Shown: piece by piece, positions 27,807-38,990 of the stretch
Layout of the letters: every line of letters begins with the position of its first letter
How positions within the stretch are numbered: the stretch's first letter is position 1
From: Shigella phage TB004
Strand: one strand, 5' to 3'
Sequence record: MW822011
Length of the DNA stretch: 64,000 bases
Notes under the pieces: model-generated
The model's input: only the letters and a program-made list of their open reading frames with translations
The model's database searches: none
Told to the model about the DNA's origin: nothing
Program-made: the position numbers and the translations under genes

Positions 27807-28466
27807 TTAATAATAGCCGAAATCTTGAACAGAATCCTTAATTACGATTTGGTCAAATCGCGGAACGTGTGAAGGTTGAGATGCAGGATTCTGCGAGAAA
27901 AAGTTTGGTGCGGTTAAGTTACCCGTCATAGTATCGCCAGATCGTAACACTCTAGAGTTCGCATTTGCCGTAACAGTATTTATTGCTCCATCAACATAGT
28001 CCTTTCTAGTAAGGTCATTTGCGGCAATGGGCGCTGCGGCTTCGGCTCGCACCTGACGCTGTGAATTTATATTACCACGGGCCGAAATTTCACCGTCACG
28101 AACGTTAAAAACAATTGTCCTAGGTCCTGTTCCTTGAGATGATTTAAATCCGATACCATACCAAGATATTATATCAAGGTTAACATTATCATAAGTTGCT
28201 CCATCACCTGGCCCAACAAACATCCCGGTCAGACCATTGCCAGCTCCCGGGACTTGAATACCCTGGTTAAAGGTAACTCGGTTTAGATAAATACCGCCAT
28301 TAGCTTTAGAAACGAAATCGTTATCTGCAGCTTGTGGTTTATTATATTCTGAATATATTTTAAATGATTTATAGAGTACATCGTCACCGGCTGGATTCAA
28401 TGGAAAATTTCCTTGATGCCAAATGACAGAGCCTCCAGTTGTTGAACCTACTTTTAAATCAGCCAT
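27807..28466 (-). CDS. 36: long tail fibre hinge connector gp36 (219 aa)
   Basis: size and position. Confidence 0.85.
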   Translation of the reverse strand: MADLKVGSTTGGSVIWHQGNFPLNPAGDDVLYKSFKIYSEYNKPQAADNDFVSKANGGIYLNRVTFNQGIQVPGAGNGLTGMFVGPGDGATYDNVNLDIISWYGIGFKSSQGTGPRTIVFNVRDGEISARGNINSQRQVRAEAAAPIAANDLTRKDYVDGAINTVTANANSRVLRSGDTMTGNLTAPNFFSQNPASQPSHVPRFDQIVIKDSVQDFGYY

Positions 28467-28489
28467 TGTATGCCCCTTTATTTTAATAG

Positions 28490-28497
28490 TATTTATA
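28490..28497 (-). promoter_or_regulatory. late promoter (TATAAATA) for gene 36
   Basis: tatttata on + strand, about 25 nt upstream of gp36 start. Confidence 0.55.
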
Positions 28498-28524
28498 AAG
28501 AAAAAAGGGAACCCGAAGGCTCCC
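28497..28524 (-). terminator. hairpin plus U-run after gene 35
   Basis: mRNA sense GGGAGCCUUCGGGUUCCC followed by UUUUUUCUU. Confidence 0.5.
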
Positions 28525-28529
28525 TCAAT

Positions 28530-29645
28530 TTAAACTTCTCTAAATTCTTGTCCAAACACTTTACCAGTTTTAGACGATGCTTGCGTAGGAAGTACCATTA
28601 TATCCGGAGGTGAAGCAGATTCACAGACATAATTAACTCGAATACCGTTGACGCCAAATTCAGCAGGTTTCGAAATTCCGCCATTTCTTGACACTTCAGA
28701 AAAGCTTAAATTTCTCATGCCACCTTGACCAGCTTGTGCAGTTCTTTGTGCATATATCGTAAATCCCACAGCGTTTTCTGGAACAACTACATAATCTTCT
28801 TTTAATTCCCAAGACCCAGCTTGCCCGGTAAACTCAGCTTGTGTTGAAGAAATATATCCGTTAGATGCATTATAAAAACGGATAGATATATTTGTAGTTC
28901 CAAGAGCAAGTAAATCGGCATCAGCATATAACTGAGCTTTAAGATAAAGAACATCACCAGGAATTAAATTATAATCAGAGAGTTTACTTATAGCAGCTGA
29001 AGTTGGCAATCGCGCAATTTCGTTATTAGTTCCACCGACTGCTGACATAAATTGCTCAATGCTTTCGTATGTTCTTTTAGGAAATCCCGTAGCTCCAACA
29101 TCTTCTAAACTGTCAAATACAACATCTAAAATAGTTTGATAGTCGTCTGTGCTTTTTCTATTACTTAATTTAACATGCTCTAATGCAATAGCTCTTTTAG
29201 AAGAAGTGTAAAAAGCAGCATATGATACGTCAAATCTTGACAATATAGAATCAGATGGAAAAGCAGACGTTCCTGCGGTTCTTAGCCAAGATACTACTTC
29301 AGGAGGAAAATTAACCTTTCCGCTAGTTAATATAGCAACAAGTCTATTATTCGCCAAAGAATTCATGAAACTAACAAAAGCAGCTGATGTAGTATCATTT
29401 GAAGTAGAAAAAGCATATGACTTACTATCAACTAATGCTCCGGTGGAAGGGTCAAAAACTCTTAGATGAAGACCTGCGCTAAATGTTTGACTTCCAACAG
29501 GATTATCTTGAAATTTAACGTATGGTCCTGCAGTAGAAAGCGGGCAAGAACCCGCTATACTTATTTTATATCTTACTGAATTACTTTCCGATAAAAATGG
29601 CGTTTGGACATATCCTTGTCCAAACTCTGCCATAAATTTTTCCAT
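28530..29645 (-). CDS. 35: long tail fibre hinge protein gp35 (371 aa)
   Basis: size and position. Confidence 0.85.
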   Translation of the reverse strand: MEKFMAEFGQGYVQTPFLSESNSVRYKISIAGSCPLSTAGPYVKFQDNPVGSQTFSAGLHLRVFDPSTGALVDSKSYAFSTSNDTTSAAFVSFMNSLANNRLVAILTSGKVNFPPEVVSWLRTAGTSAFPSDSILSRFDVSYAAFYTSSKRAIALEHVKLSNRKSTDDYQTILDVVFDSLEDVGATGFPKRTYESIEQFMSAVGGTNNEIARLPTSAAISKLSDYNLIPGDVLYLKAQLYADADLLALGTTNISIRFYNASNGYISSTQAEFTGQAGSWELKEDYVVVPENAVGFTIYAQRTAQAGQGGMRNLSFSEVSRNGGISKPAEFGVNGIRVNYVCESASPPDIMVLPTQASSKTGKVFGQEFREV

Positions 29646-29653
29646 AATACCTC

Positions 29654-32600
29654 TTATTCAATCCATTCAAATTTAACAGATTTATTCACTGGGTCAGGAA
29701 TAATGCGAACATTACCAATTCGTAAGAAATCACGAATAGTAAGATTCCCCATTGTAGCATTATCAGATGGTAAAGCACCGATATCAGATGGTTGAGGAGG
29801 GTTACCTCCGTCAAATACCTGAACAAAACTTGACCAAGAGTTTTTGGTTTTCTGCCATGTACGTGTCCAGCGAGTGGTACGTGCTTCTGGAGTCGTTGGA
29901 TAAGTAATCCAATCTTGGTAAAGCGAATCAAGTGTGTTACCAAACTGAGTCAATGTACCAGGAGATTTAACTTCTTCGCCACGTTCTAAGTATGGAAGTC
30001 CAGTCACTTCATTAGTTTTTTCAACCATTTTAAAATAACCTGGGAACTGGTTATAAGTAGCTGAATCATTAATATCGATTGACCAGAATCCTACAGTATC
30101 AGATGTTGGCGCACGGGTATATAAGTCAGATGTTTTAGTGCCCTGAGAACGAATTCTCGAGTTAACAGTTAAACCACCTGAATTTATAGTAGCACCTTTG
30201 GCAATGATTAAGCTTTCACCAATCGTTACTTGACCGGACTGATTGTTAATAGCTAAAGGACGTAATCCATTAAATCCGCCAGTCTGATCACCTGATGTAG
30301 TAAGCATAAAATAGACATTAGCACCATCATTACGAATAAAGAATCCGTAATTACCACTAATAGCTCTAAAAGCATTCGATGATTTGCTGATGAATTCACC
30401 ATTAGCAGTAACTGAACGACCGAATGTTGCAACGCCATTAACATTCATCAAACCGGAAGCATTAATGTTTATTGGCATTACAGTACCATTAATGCTAAAC
30501 GCTATATTCCCGTCTTCTTTATTACGTTGAGAATAAAAGTGATAAGATGTATCATCACCAACTTCAAACACTGTCGAACGGGTCGTATCACTACCGCCGC
30601 CAAATTGGTTACCCCATACACGGATGCTCATTGACTGAACCGGGTTTGCACCGGATGCAGGACCTTTTTCGAAAACGATACGGGTCGGAGTTCCAGTATT
30701 AGAAATAGTTAATGTACTATTTGCCGAAACTGAACCACCAAACGTAGCAGTACTAGATGATACAAGAGGGGCACTCAGATTCGTTTGTTGGGTTAAGGTT
30801 AGTGAACCATTAACCGTCTGTGCAATGTCCCTACGAATGAACTGGGATGAATCTAGACCATCCAATAAATTTGTATCAGCAGCTTTTGCTTTTAATGGCA
30901 AATAATTTGCTAATACACGGTTTAATTCATATGGTGATACTGCATAACTATTTTTTTCGTATAATTCTAATGACTGGGTTGAACCAACGGTATCATTACC
31001 GACGAATGTAATTGAACCAGATGAAGTTTTAACAAATCCTCTTATCGCAGTAGTAGCTGCCCAAGTAGGTTCACTCTGCACAATCCATTTTAAATTTTTT
31101 GGAGATACAGCAGTATTTGCTGACGTTCCAGTTACAGTTTCAGACTGAGTTGCAACTTTAATAACACCTTCCTGTGCTTCAGTAGATTTAGTACCTAAAA
31201 GCTTTTTAGGAGTTATTAAAACATTATCTAATGTTCCTGCAGCAGCTTCAACTTGCGTAGCTACACGAAGTGTACCACGCTGTTTCTCATTTGCTTCAAG
31301 AATATTAAGGGTATAATGGTCCCAGAGAGTTCCTGATTCAACTAATCCAGATAGAGCAACAACAGAAGTACGATCAGTACTATTAAATCTAGTTTTAATT
31401 TTTAATGGTGTAGAGATACGAGTATCGTCGACGCCTGCGTCGAATTCAACTTGTGTAGCAATTTCAGCTATACCACTTAAACTTTCAGTTGCTCTACGGT
31501 CATTTAAAGTTTTAGGAGTGACTGCACGAGTATAATCAGTTCCTGTATTAACTTCACTTTGCGTAGCAATTTCAATTAAACCAATTCTTCCATCAGTTGA
31601 TGTCTTTTTATGTAACGTTTCTGGCGTTACAACAGCATTTGCCCATCCTTCTTGACTTTTTCCAGCAATTACTTCACTTTCAACTGCTAAAATTACTGCA
31701 CCTTGTTGTGTTGGAGTAGCTTTATACTGATCCAGAGCTTTAGGTGAAACAACTAAATTATTAGTGTTTTTATTATAAACGTTTGTACCATTTAATTCAC
31801 GACTAGAAGCTGGAGTAGCTCCTGCAGTAGATACAAATGTTACAATACCAGATAATGATTCAGAACCTTGTCGAGCTTGAAGCTTTTTAGGAGTGATGAT
31901 TGTAGTATCATCAGTACCTGCATTAGTTTCCTGTTGCGTAGCAATTTCAGCAACACCTCTACGAGTTTCTGTAGCAGTTCTTTCATTCAGCTTTTTAGGA
32001 GTGATGATAATATCATCAGCAAAAGAGAATGTGGTGTTCTGATTCACTTGAGCAGTAGTTGCTATTCTTGCGATACCTCTACGAGTTTCTGTAGCAGTAC
32101 GGTTAGCTAATGTTTCTGGAGTAATTGCTAATTCTTTTTGTGGAGAATTTTCTAAATCGACATTAGCTTGAGCTTGTGTAGCTAAAGCAATTACACCTAA
32201 TCTTGCTCTAGTAGAATCATTTAAAGAATCAACTCTTTCTACGGTTGGAACGTTTTGCTGTACAACCCAATATTTTCCATCAGAATCTTCTATGTAAGCA
32301 AGCTCCAAAACTGGAACATAATTAGTTTCACCGTTAAAAACTAATTCTTGAACAGTCACCCATTTAGTTTCAGGCGGATACTCTGAACGTTTTGGGAATT
32401 GCAGCAATTGAACTGAAGAAGCAATTTTATCTTCACCGGCAGCTTTGATTTTAACTGTTTGTCCTTTTCTCATGTAATTCATGGAAATTTTAACAGTATC
32501 ACCAACAGAAATATTAGTTGGAAGCTTAAGCTCAATTGTCTGAGCTGTTCCGTTATTCGCACCAAATACCATAACTTCTTCATTTGGACGAATATTAGAA

Positions 32601-33526
32601 TTAGTCGTTATAATGCGTAAACGCGCTTTACTATCCCCGTCAAACAATCTCCACAATTTCTCATTATCATCAAACATCAAGAAACCGTCAATCGTTGTAC
32701 GGCCTTCAATGGAATGAGTTCCAACTTCTTGTATTGAAGTCGTTTCATCGTATGTAGTAACAATTGTATGATAAAGCGGATTTAGTTTATCTAAATCGAC
32801 GAAATTAATAATATCGCCATGATTAGCAAATCTTGGAAGTTTAACATTAATTGGTGCAGCAGAAGTAAATCTACGTACGATAAAATCGTTGGATTGCGCT
32901 TGATAAGTATTCGCTGGTGTTACAACTACAGCTTCTCTGCTATAATCAGCTACATACATTTGCCACAGACGATTACTAAAAATTAAAACTAGCTGTGACT
33001 TTGGATGAGTCATTAGTACTGAACGTACTTGCTCGCCTCTGAAGTTTACAATACTTTGCACCGGAGCTACAATTAAAACTTGGTTAACTCCAGGTTTTCC
33101 TCCAATATCTTGGAGAACGATAGTATCACCATCAATTGGAGTAGATGGTAAAGTAAATGTAATATCATTACCAGCTGCAGTGTTAACCGAAATAGCTTCA
33201 CCGGATTTTAATTGATATGAACCAGATGAAACTGTAATCCAGTTAGCATCAGTACGTAATGCTCTCCAGCGTCCGCTATTAAAAGCTCCTGCCGGTTTTG
33301 GAATATCATTTATAGCAGCCCAAAAGCGGTTATCATAAATGATTACAAAATCTTTTAAATATCCACGAGTTGGATCATATTGTTGAACTGTGTTTTCTTG
33401 AATTAGATAATCAACGTTAACACCGTCAGTTCCTACGGTACGATCAGCTAAAGCTACGTTGATTATTTTATCGCCACCTGCGTCCAGACCATCTTCTGCT
33501 CTGAACTTTCTTTTAATCTCGGCCAT
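29654..33526 (-). CDS. 34: long tail fibre proximal subunit gp34 (1290 aa)
   Basis: size equals T4 gp34; internal tail-fibre repeats (ATETRRGxA ... TPKKL). Confidence 0.9.
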   Translation of the reverse strand: MAEIKRKFRAEDGLDAGGDKIINVALADRTVGTDGVNVDYLIQENTVQQYDPTRGYLKDFVIIYDNRFWAAINDIPKPAGAFNSGRWRALRTDANWITVSSGSYQLKSGEAISVNTAAGNDITFTLPSTPIDGDTIVLQDIGGKPGVNQVLIVAPVQSIVNFRGEQVRSVLMTHPKSQLVLIFSNRLWQMYVADYSREAVVVTPANTYQAQSNDFIVRRFTSAAPINVKLPRFANHGDIINFVDLDKLNPLYHTIVTTYDETTSIQEVGTHSIEGRTTIDGFLMFDDNEKLWRLFDGDSKARLRIITTNSNIRPNEEVMVFGANNGTAQTIELKLPTNISVGDTVKISMNYMRKGQTVKIKAAGEDKIASSVQLLQFPKRSEYPPETKWVTVQELVFNGETNYVPVLELAYIEDSDGKYWVVQQNVPTVERVDSLNDSTRARLGVIALATQAQANVDLENSPQKELAITPETLANRTATETRRGIARIATTAQVNQNTTFSFADDIIITPKKLNERTATETRRGVAEIATQQETNAGTDDTTIITPKKLQARQGSESLSGIVTFVSTAGATPASSRELNGTNVYNKNTNNLVVSPKALDQYKATPTQQGAVILAVESEVIAGKSQEGWANAVVTPETLHKKTSTDGRIGLIEIATQSEVNTGTDYTRAVTPKTLNDRRATESLSGIAEIATQVEFDAGVDDTRISTPLKIKTRFNSTDRTSVVALSGLVESGTLWDHYTLNILEANEKQRGTLRVATQVEAAAGTLDNVLITPKKLLGTKSTEAQEGVIKVATQSETVTGTSANTAVSPKNLKWIVQSEPTWAATTAIRGFVKTSSGSITFVGNDTVGSTQSLELYEKNSYAVSPYELNRVLANYLPLKAKAADTNLLDGLDSSQFIRRDIAQTVNGSLTLTQQTNLSAPLVSSSTATFGGSVSANSTLTISNTGTPTRIVFEKGPASGANPVQSMSIRVWGNQFGGGSDTTRSTVFEVGDDTSYHFYSQRNKEDGNIAFSINGTVMPININASGLMNVNGVATFGRSVTANGEFISKSSNAFRAISGNYGFFIRNDGANVYFMLTTSGDQTGGFNGLRPLAINNQSGQVTIGESLIIAKGATINSGGLTVNSRIRSQGTKTSDLYTRAPTSDTVGFWSIDINDSATYNQFPGYFKMVEKTNEVTGLPYLERGEEVKSPGTLTQFGNTLDSLYQDWITYPTTPEARTTRWTRTWQKTKNSWSSFVQVFDGGNPPQPSDIGALPSDNATMGNLTIRDFLRIGNVRIIPDPVNKSVKFEWIE

Positions 33527-33560
33527 TCTCCCGGGCTCCTATTGTGTTTTCAATAATAAG

Positions 33561-33568
33561 TATTTATA
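33561..33568 (-). promoter_or_regulatory. late promoter (TATAAATA) for gene 34
   Basis: tatttata on + strand about 35 nt upstream of gp34 start. Confidence 0.55.
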
Positions 33569-33571
33569 CTT

Positions 33572-33601
33572 GTTTACTTTAAGATTCGGATGGTATATAA
33601 T
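33572..33601 (+). promoter_or_regulatory. T4-type early promoter for rnh (divergent from the gene 34 late promoter)
   Basis: gtttac ... tggtatataat. Confidence 0.5.
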
Positions 33602-33630
33602 AGAAATCTCACTAATTGAACGAGGTTCAT

Positions 33631-34548
33631 ATGGATTTAGAAATGATGCTGGATGAAGATTACAAAGAAGGAATCTGCTTAATTGACTTTAGTCAAATTG
33701 CGCTTTCAACTGCTCTAGTAAACTTCCAAGATAAAGAAAAAATTAATTTATCAATGGTTCGTCATTTGATATTGAATTCAATTAAGTTTAATGTCAAAAA
33801 AGCAAAAACTCTTGGATACACTAAAATTGTACTGTGTATCGATAACGCGAAATCTGGATACTGGCGTCGTGATTTCGCTTATTATTATAAGAAAAACCGT
33901 GGAAAAGCACGAGAAGAATCTACTTGGGACTGGGAAGGTTATTTTGAATCCAGTCATAAAGTTATAGATGAATTGAAAGCTTATATGCCATACATCGTTA
34001 TGGATATTGATAAGTATGAAGCAGATGACCATATTGCTGTTTTGGTTAAAAAGTTCTCTTTAGAAGGACATAAAATTTTAATCATTTCATCGGATGGTGA
34101 CTTTACTCAACTTCACAAATATCCAAATGTTAAGCAATGGTCACCGATGCACAAGAAATGGGTTAAAATTAAAAGCGGTTCTGCTGAAATTGACTGTATG
34201 ACTAAAATCCTTAAAGGCGACAAAAAGGATAACGTTGCTTCAGTTAAAGTACGATCTGACTTTTGGTTTACCAGAGTTGAAGGTGAACGAACTCCTTCAA
34301 TGAAAACCTCTATTGTTGAAGCTATTGCTAATGACCGTGAGCAAGCTAAGGTGCTTCTCACTGAATCTGAATATAATCGTTATAAAGAAAATTTAGTTCT
34401 AATTGATTTTGATTATATTCCTGATAATATTGCTTCAAACATTGTGAATTACTATAATTCATATAAATTACCACCGCGTGGCAAAATTTATTCATATTTT
34501 GTAAAAGCGGGTCTTTCTAAATTAACTAATAGCATTAATGAATTTTGA
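33631..34548 (+). CDS. rnh: RNase H / 5'-3' exonuclease (305 aa)
   Basis: N-terminus MDLEMMLDEDYKEGICLIDFSQIALS; FEN-1 family; length equals T4 RNase H. Confidence 0.9.
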   Translation: MDLEMMLDEDYKEGICLIDFSQIALSTALVNFQDKEKINLSMVRHLILNSIKFNVKKAKTLGYTKIVLCIDNAKSGYWRRDFAYYYKKNRGKAREESTWDWEGYFESSHKVIDELKAYMPYIVMDIDKYEADDHIAVLVKKFSLEGHKILIISSDGDFTQLHKYPNVKQWSPMHKKWVKIKSGSAEIDCMTKILKGDKKDNVASVKVRSDFWFTRVEGERTPSMKTSIVEAIANDREQAKVLLTESEYNRYKENLVLIDFDYIPDNIASNIVNYYNSYKLPPRGKIYSYFVKAGLSKLTNSINEF

Positions 34549-34556
34549 GGTGAATA

Positions 34557-34826
34557 ATGGCTAAAAAAGAAATGGTTGAATTTGATGAAGCTATCCATGG
34601 CGAAGACTTAGCTAAATTTATCAAAGAAGCATCTGATCATAAACTGAAAATTTCAGGTTATAATGAATTGATTAAAGACATTCGAATTCGCGCCAAAGAT
34701 GAACTTGGCGTTGATGGTAAGATGTTTAATCGTCTATTAGCTTTGTATCATAAAGATAACCGTGATGTGTTTGAAGCTGAAACCGAAGAGGTAGTTGAAC
34801 TTTATGACACAGTTTTCTCTAAATGA
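34557..34826 (+). CDS. dsbA: dsDNA-binding protein DsbA (89 aa)
   Basis: length and position (between rnh and 33) as in T4. Confidence 0.75.
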   Translation: MAKKEMVEFDEAIHGEDLAKFIKEASDHKLKISGYNELIKDIRIRAKDELGVDGKMFNRLLALYHKDNRDVFEAETEEVVELYDTVFSK

Positions 34827-35142
34827 TATTCGTCCGGTCGATGAGACCGGTCTTTCAGAAAAAGAACTTTCAATTAAGAAAGAAAAGGATGAAATAGCAA
34901 AACTTCTTGACCGTCAAGAAAATGGATTTATTATTGAAAAAATGGTAGAAGAGTTTGGAATGAGTTATCTTGAAGCTACGACAGCATTCTTAGAAGAAAA
35001 TTCTATTCCTGAAACTCAATTTGCTAAATTTATTCCTTCGGGTATAATTGAAAAAATTCAGTCAGAAGCTATTGACGAAAATCTTTTACGTCCTTCTGTT
35101 GTTCGTTGTGAAAAAACTAATACATTAGATTTTCTGCTATGA
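34804..35142 (+). CDS. 33: late transcription co-activator gp33 (112 aa)
   Basis: MTQFSLNDIRPVDETGLSEKELSIKKEKDEIAKLLD; length equals T4 gp33. Confidence 0.9.
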   Translation: MTQFSLNDIRPVDETGLSEKELSIKKEKDEIAKLLDRQENGFIIEKMVEEFGMSYLEATTAFLEENSIPETQFAKFIPSGIIEKIQSEAIDENLLRPSVVRCEKTNTLDFLL

Positions 35143-35792
35143 TTAAACTCCGCATGCCTGCTGGTGGTGAAAGATACATTGATGGTAAATCAGTTTATAA
35201 ATTATACTTAATGATAAAACAACATATGAATGGAAAGTATGATGTAATTAAGTATAATTGGTGCATGCGGGTGTCTGATGCCGCTTATCAAAAGCGAAGG
35301 GATAAGTATTTTTTTCAGAAGTTATCAGAAAAATATAAATTAAAGGAACTTGCTTTAATCTTTATAAGCAATCTTGTTGCTAACCAAGATGCTTGGATTG
35401 GTGATATCTCTGACGCTGATGCACTTGTGTTTTATCGTGAATATATCGGACGCTTAAAGCAAATTAAATTTAAGTTTGAAGAAGATATTCGCAATATTTA
35501 CTATTTTAGTAAAAAAGTTGAAGTTTCTGCTTTTAAAGAAATCTTTGAGTATAATCCAAAAGTTCAATCAAGTTATATTTTTAAACTACTTCAATCGAAT
35601 ATAATTTCGTTTGAGACGTTTATCTTGCTTGATTCGTTTTTAAATATAATCGATAAACATGATGAACAGACTGATAATTTAGTCTGGAATAATTATTCTA
35701 TAAAGTTAAAGGCTTATAGAAAAATTTTAAATATTGATTCACAGAAAGCTAAAAGTGTTTTTATTGAAACTGTGAAATCTTGTAAGTACTAA
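35139..35792 (+). CDS. 59: helicase loader gp59 (217 aa)
   Basis: length and position upstream of gene 32. Confidence 0.85.
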   Translation: MIKLRMPAGGERYIDGKSVYKLYLMIKQHMNGKYDVIKYNWCMRVSDAAYQKRRDKYFFQKLSEKYKLKELALIFISNLVANQDAWIGDISDADALVFYREYIGRLKQIKFKFEEDIRNIYYFSKKVEVSAFKEIFEYNPKVQSSYIFKLLQSNIISFETFILLDSFLNIIDKHDEQTDNLVWNNYSIKLKAYRKILNIDSQKAKSVFIETVKSCKY

Positions 35793-35800
35793 TTGCTTAT

Positions 35801-35808
35801 TATAAATA
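35801..35808 (+). promoter_or_regulatory. late promoter TATAAATA upstream of gene 32
   Basis: tattataaataga. Confidence 0.45.
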
Positions 35809-35825
35809 GATTATAATTATCTCAC

Positions 35826-35891
35826 TGACCAGCTATGAGGTCATACATCGTCATAGCACCAACTGTTAATTAAATTAAAAAGGAAATAAAA
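35826..35891 (+). promoter_or_regulatory. gene 32 autoregulatory translational operator (pseudoknot plus A/U-rich gp32 binding tract)
   Basis: tgaccagctatgaggtcatacatcgtcatagcac followed by ttaattaaattaaaaaggaaataaaaATG, as in T4. Confidence 0.8.
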
Positions 35892-36827
35892 ATGTTTAAA
35901 CGTAAATCTACTGCTGAACTCGCTGCACAAATGGCTAAACTGGCTGGAAATAAAGGTGGTTTTTCTTCTGAAGATAAAGGCGAGTGGAAACTGAAACTCG
36001 ACAATGCGGGTAACGGTCAAGCAGTAATTCGTTTTCTTCCGTCTAAAAATGATGAACAAGCACCATTCGCAATTCTTGTAAATCACGGTTTCAAGAAAAA
36101 TGGTAAATGGTATATTGAAACGTGTTCATCTACCCACGGTGATTACGATTCTTGCCCAGTATGTCAGTACATCAGTAAAAATGATTTGTATAACACTGAC
36201 AATAAAGAGTACGGTCTTGTTAAACGTAAAACTTCTTACTGGGCTAACATTCTTGTAGTAAAAGACCCAGCTGCTCCAGAAAATGAAGGTAAAGTATTTA
36301 AATACCGTTTCGGTAAGAAAATCTGGGATAAAATCAATGCAATGATTGCAGTTGATGTTGAAATGGGTGAAACTCCGGTTGATGTAACTTGTCCGTGGGA
36401 AGGTGCTAACTTTGTACTGAAAGTTAAACAAGTTTCTGGTTTTAGTAACTACGACGAATCTAAATTCCTGAATCAATCTGCGATTCCAAACATTGATGAT
36501 GAATCTTTCCAGAAAGAACTGTTTGAACAGATGGTTGACCTTTCTGAAATGACTTCTAAAGATAAATTCAAATCGTTTGAAGAATTGAGCACTAAGTTCA
36601 GTCAAGTTATGGGAACTGCTGCTATGGGTGGTGCCGCAGCGACAGCCGCTAAGAAAGCTGATAAAGTTGCTGATGATTTGGATGCATTTAATGTTGATGA
36701 CTTCAAAACAAAAACTGAAGATGATTTTATGAGCTCAAGCTCTGGCAGTTCATCTAGTGCTGATGACACGGACCACCAAAGCATACTGTGGTACTATACA
36801 ACTATCGGCAATACTGCTGATGATTAA
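35892..36827 (+). CDS. 32: ssDNA-binding protein gp32 (311 aa), variant C-terminus
   Basis: [52 protein letters not shown]; OB-fold core conserved; last 17 aa diverge from T4. Confidence 0.9.
   Translation: MFKRKSTAELAAQMAKLAGNKGGFSSEDKGEWKLKLDNAGNGQAVIRFLPSKNDEQAPFAILVNHGFKKNGKWYIETCSSTHGDYDSCPVCQYISKNDLYNTDNKEYGLVKRKTSYWANILVVKDPAAPENEGKVFKYRFGKKIWDKINAMIAVDVEMGETPVDVTCPWEGANFVLKVKQVSGFSNYDESKFLNQSAIPNIDDESFQKELFEQMVDLSEMTSKDKFKSFEELSTKFSQVMGTAAMGGAAATAAKKADKVADDLDAFNVDDFKTKTEDDFMSSSSGSSSSADDTDHQSILWYYTTIGNTADD
36776..36806 (+). repeat. 31-bp promoter/leader repeat inside the 3' end of gene 32 (identical to 19734-19764)
   Basis: ccaaagcatactgtggtactatacaactatc. Confidence 0.7.
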
Positions 36828-36840
36828 AGAGGAAAATAAT

Positions 36841-37068
36841 ATGGCTAAAATTGATATTGATGTTGTTGATTTTGAATATATTGAAGAAATTATTCGTAAT
36901 CGTTATCCTGAACTCCGTATTACAAGCGCACTAAATGATCCTAATTGCAATGTTTCGGTTGTTATTGAAGGTCCTTTAAATCGTCTTAAACAATTTATGG
37001 TTAATGAATACTGTGATGGTATGGATGCTGAAGATGTAGAATTTTACACAGGATTTATTGAGCAGTAA
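36841..37068 (+). CDS. hypothetical protein (75 aa)
   Basis: ORF track frame; ATG at 36841 after gaggaaaa. Confidence 0.5.
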   Translation: MAKIDIDVVDFEYIEEIIRNRYPELRITSALNDPNCNVSVVIEGPLNRLKQFMVNEYCDGMDAEDVEFYTGFIEQ

Positions 37069-37073
37069 TTATC

Positions 37074-37096
37074 AAGGGGCTATCAAGCCCCTATTA
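37074..37096 (+). terminator. hairpin terminator
   Basis: aaggggctatcaagcccctatt. Confidence 0.45.
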
Positions 37097-37112
37097 AAAT
37101 GAGGAAAACGCA

Positions 37113-37493
37113 ATGTATACTGGTCGAAAGTATGAACTTGTTCCAAGACTTATTGATACATTTATTAATTATAGCCCACGATCCAATGCGTCAATAGTTA
37201 AAATTATTCGAGAAAATGGCGGATGGTTTGAAGTTAAAGAAGTTTCCGTCGCCAATGGATACAAAGCAGTAAAACACATTGAATGTGCAAATGGAAAGCA
37301 TTTTTATCTCAAAGATAGACTTTTAGAAATTTGCGAAGACGAATTTCATTGTTTTCGTGAGTATAAAGAACCGACTTCTGAAGAAGATGAAATCGAAGAC
37401 AAGGTTTCTGGCGTAACAAAAATTCACTGCATTGTTGACGAAAACAATGTAGATGAAATCATTGAACTTTTGCGAAAAACTTTCAAAAAGTAG
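37113..37493 (+). CDS. hypothetical protein (126 aa)
   Basis: ORF track; gaggaaaa SD. Confidence 0.5.
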   Translation: MYTGRKYELVPRLIDTFINYSPRSNASIVKIIRENGGWFEVKEVSVANGYKAVKHIECANGKHFYLKDRLLEICEDEFHCFREYKEPTSEEDEIEDKVSGVTKIHCIVDENNVDEIIELLRKTFKK

Positions 37494-37530
37494 TTTACAG
37501 AAGGGTAGTAGTGTGATACTATTACCCTAT
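37494..37530 (+). promoter_or_regulatory. early promoter with overlapping imperfect palindrome
   Basis: gtttac ... aGGGTAgTAGtgtgatactattaccct. Confidence 0.45.
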
Positions 37531-37547
37531 AAACTAAGGAGAATAAA

Positions 37548-37790
37548 ATGAGATTACAACGTCAGAGCATTAAAGATTCAGAAGTTAGAGGTAAATGGTA
37601 TTTTAATATCATCGGTAAAGACGCTGAACTTGTTGAAAAAGCTGAACGTCTTTTGCGTGATATGGGATGGGAAGATGAATGCGATGGATGCCCTCTTTAT
37701 GAAGATGGAGAAAGCGCAGGATTCTGGATTTACCATTCTGATGTTGATCAGTTTAAAGCTGATTGGAAAACTGTGAAAAAGTCTGTTTGA
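37548..37790 (+). CDS. hypothetical protein (80 aa)
   Basis: ORF track. Confidence 0.5.
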   Translation: MRLQRQSIKDSEVRGKWYFNIIGKDAELVEKAERLLRDMGWEDECDGCPLYEDGESAGFWIYHSDVDQFKADWKTVKKSV

Positions 37791-37800
37791 GGAAAATATT

Positions 37801-38136
37801 ATGTCTGACATTCATGTAACTGGAATTTCCCAAGTAAACATTCGCTGCCAATTTAAAACTGTACCTGGGGTGACTCATATTACTTTATCACACGACCCAT
37901 ATTCTCGTGGAACACAGTTAACTGGTGTAATTAAGTTTTTCGGTGGAATTGGCGGAAACGAATTTACTATAGGCGATGACGAAATTGTTGGTTGTAAATT
38001 AAAAGTTCAGAAGGGAGTGTTAGAACTTTTTAGTGATGAAGTTTTTAATGAAATCTCACAAGCAGTTAATAAAGGACTGCTAACGTTAATCAAAATGATT
38101 AAAGCCAGTGGATATGTTCCCGATCCTTTATATTAG
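37801..38136 (+). CDS. hypothetical protein (111 aa)
   Basis: ORF track. Confidence 0.5.
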   Translation: MSDIHVTGISQVNIRCQFKTVPGVTHITLSHDPYSRGTQLTGVIKFFGGIGGNEFTIGDDEIVGCKLKVQKGVLELFSDEVFNEISQAVNKGLLTLIKMIKASGYVPDPLY

Positions 38137-38144
38137 GAGATAAT

Positions 38145-38971
<827 letters not shown>

Positions 38972-38990
38972 AATAACATTGGCGGAAAAT

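Noticed and set aside
25196-27841. Multiple + strand ORFs (25196-25459, 25925-26352, 26557-26754, 27143-27352, 27611-27841) inside gene 37
   Set aside because: Antisense to a large, well-supported tail-fibre gene; typical spurious frames in long ORFs.
29604-32110. Short ORFs on either strand overlapping genes 34 and 35 (29604-29795, 29686-29943, 30253-30444, 31868-32110)
   Set aside because: Embedded in or antisense to gp34/gp35; the 31868-32110 frame merely mirrors the internal tail-fibre repeats.
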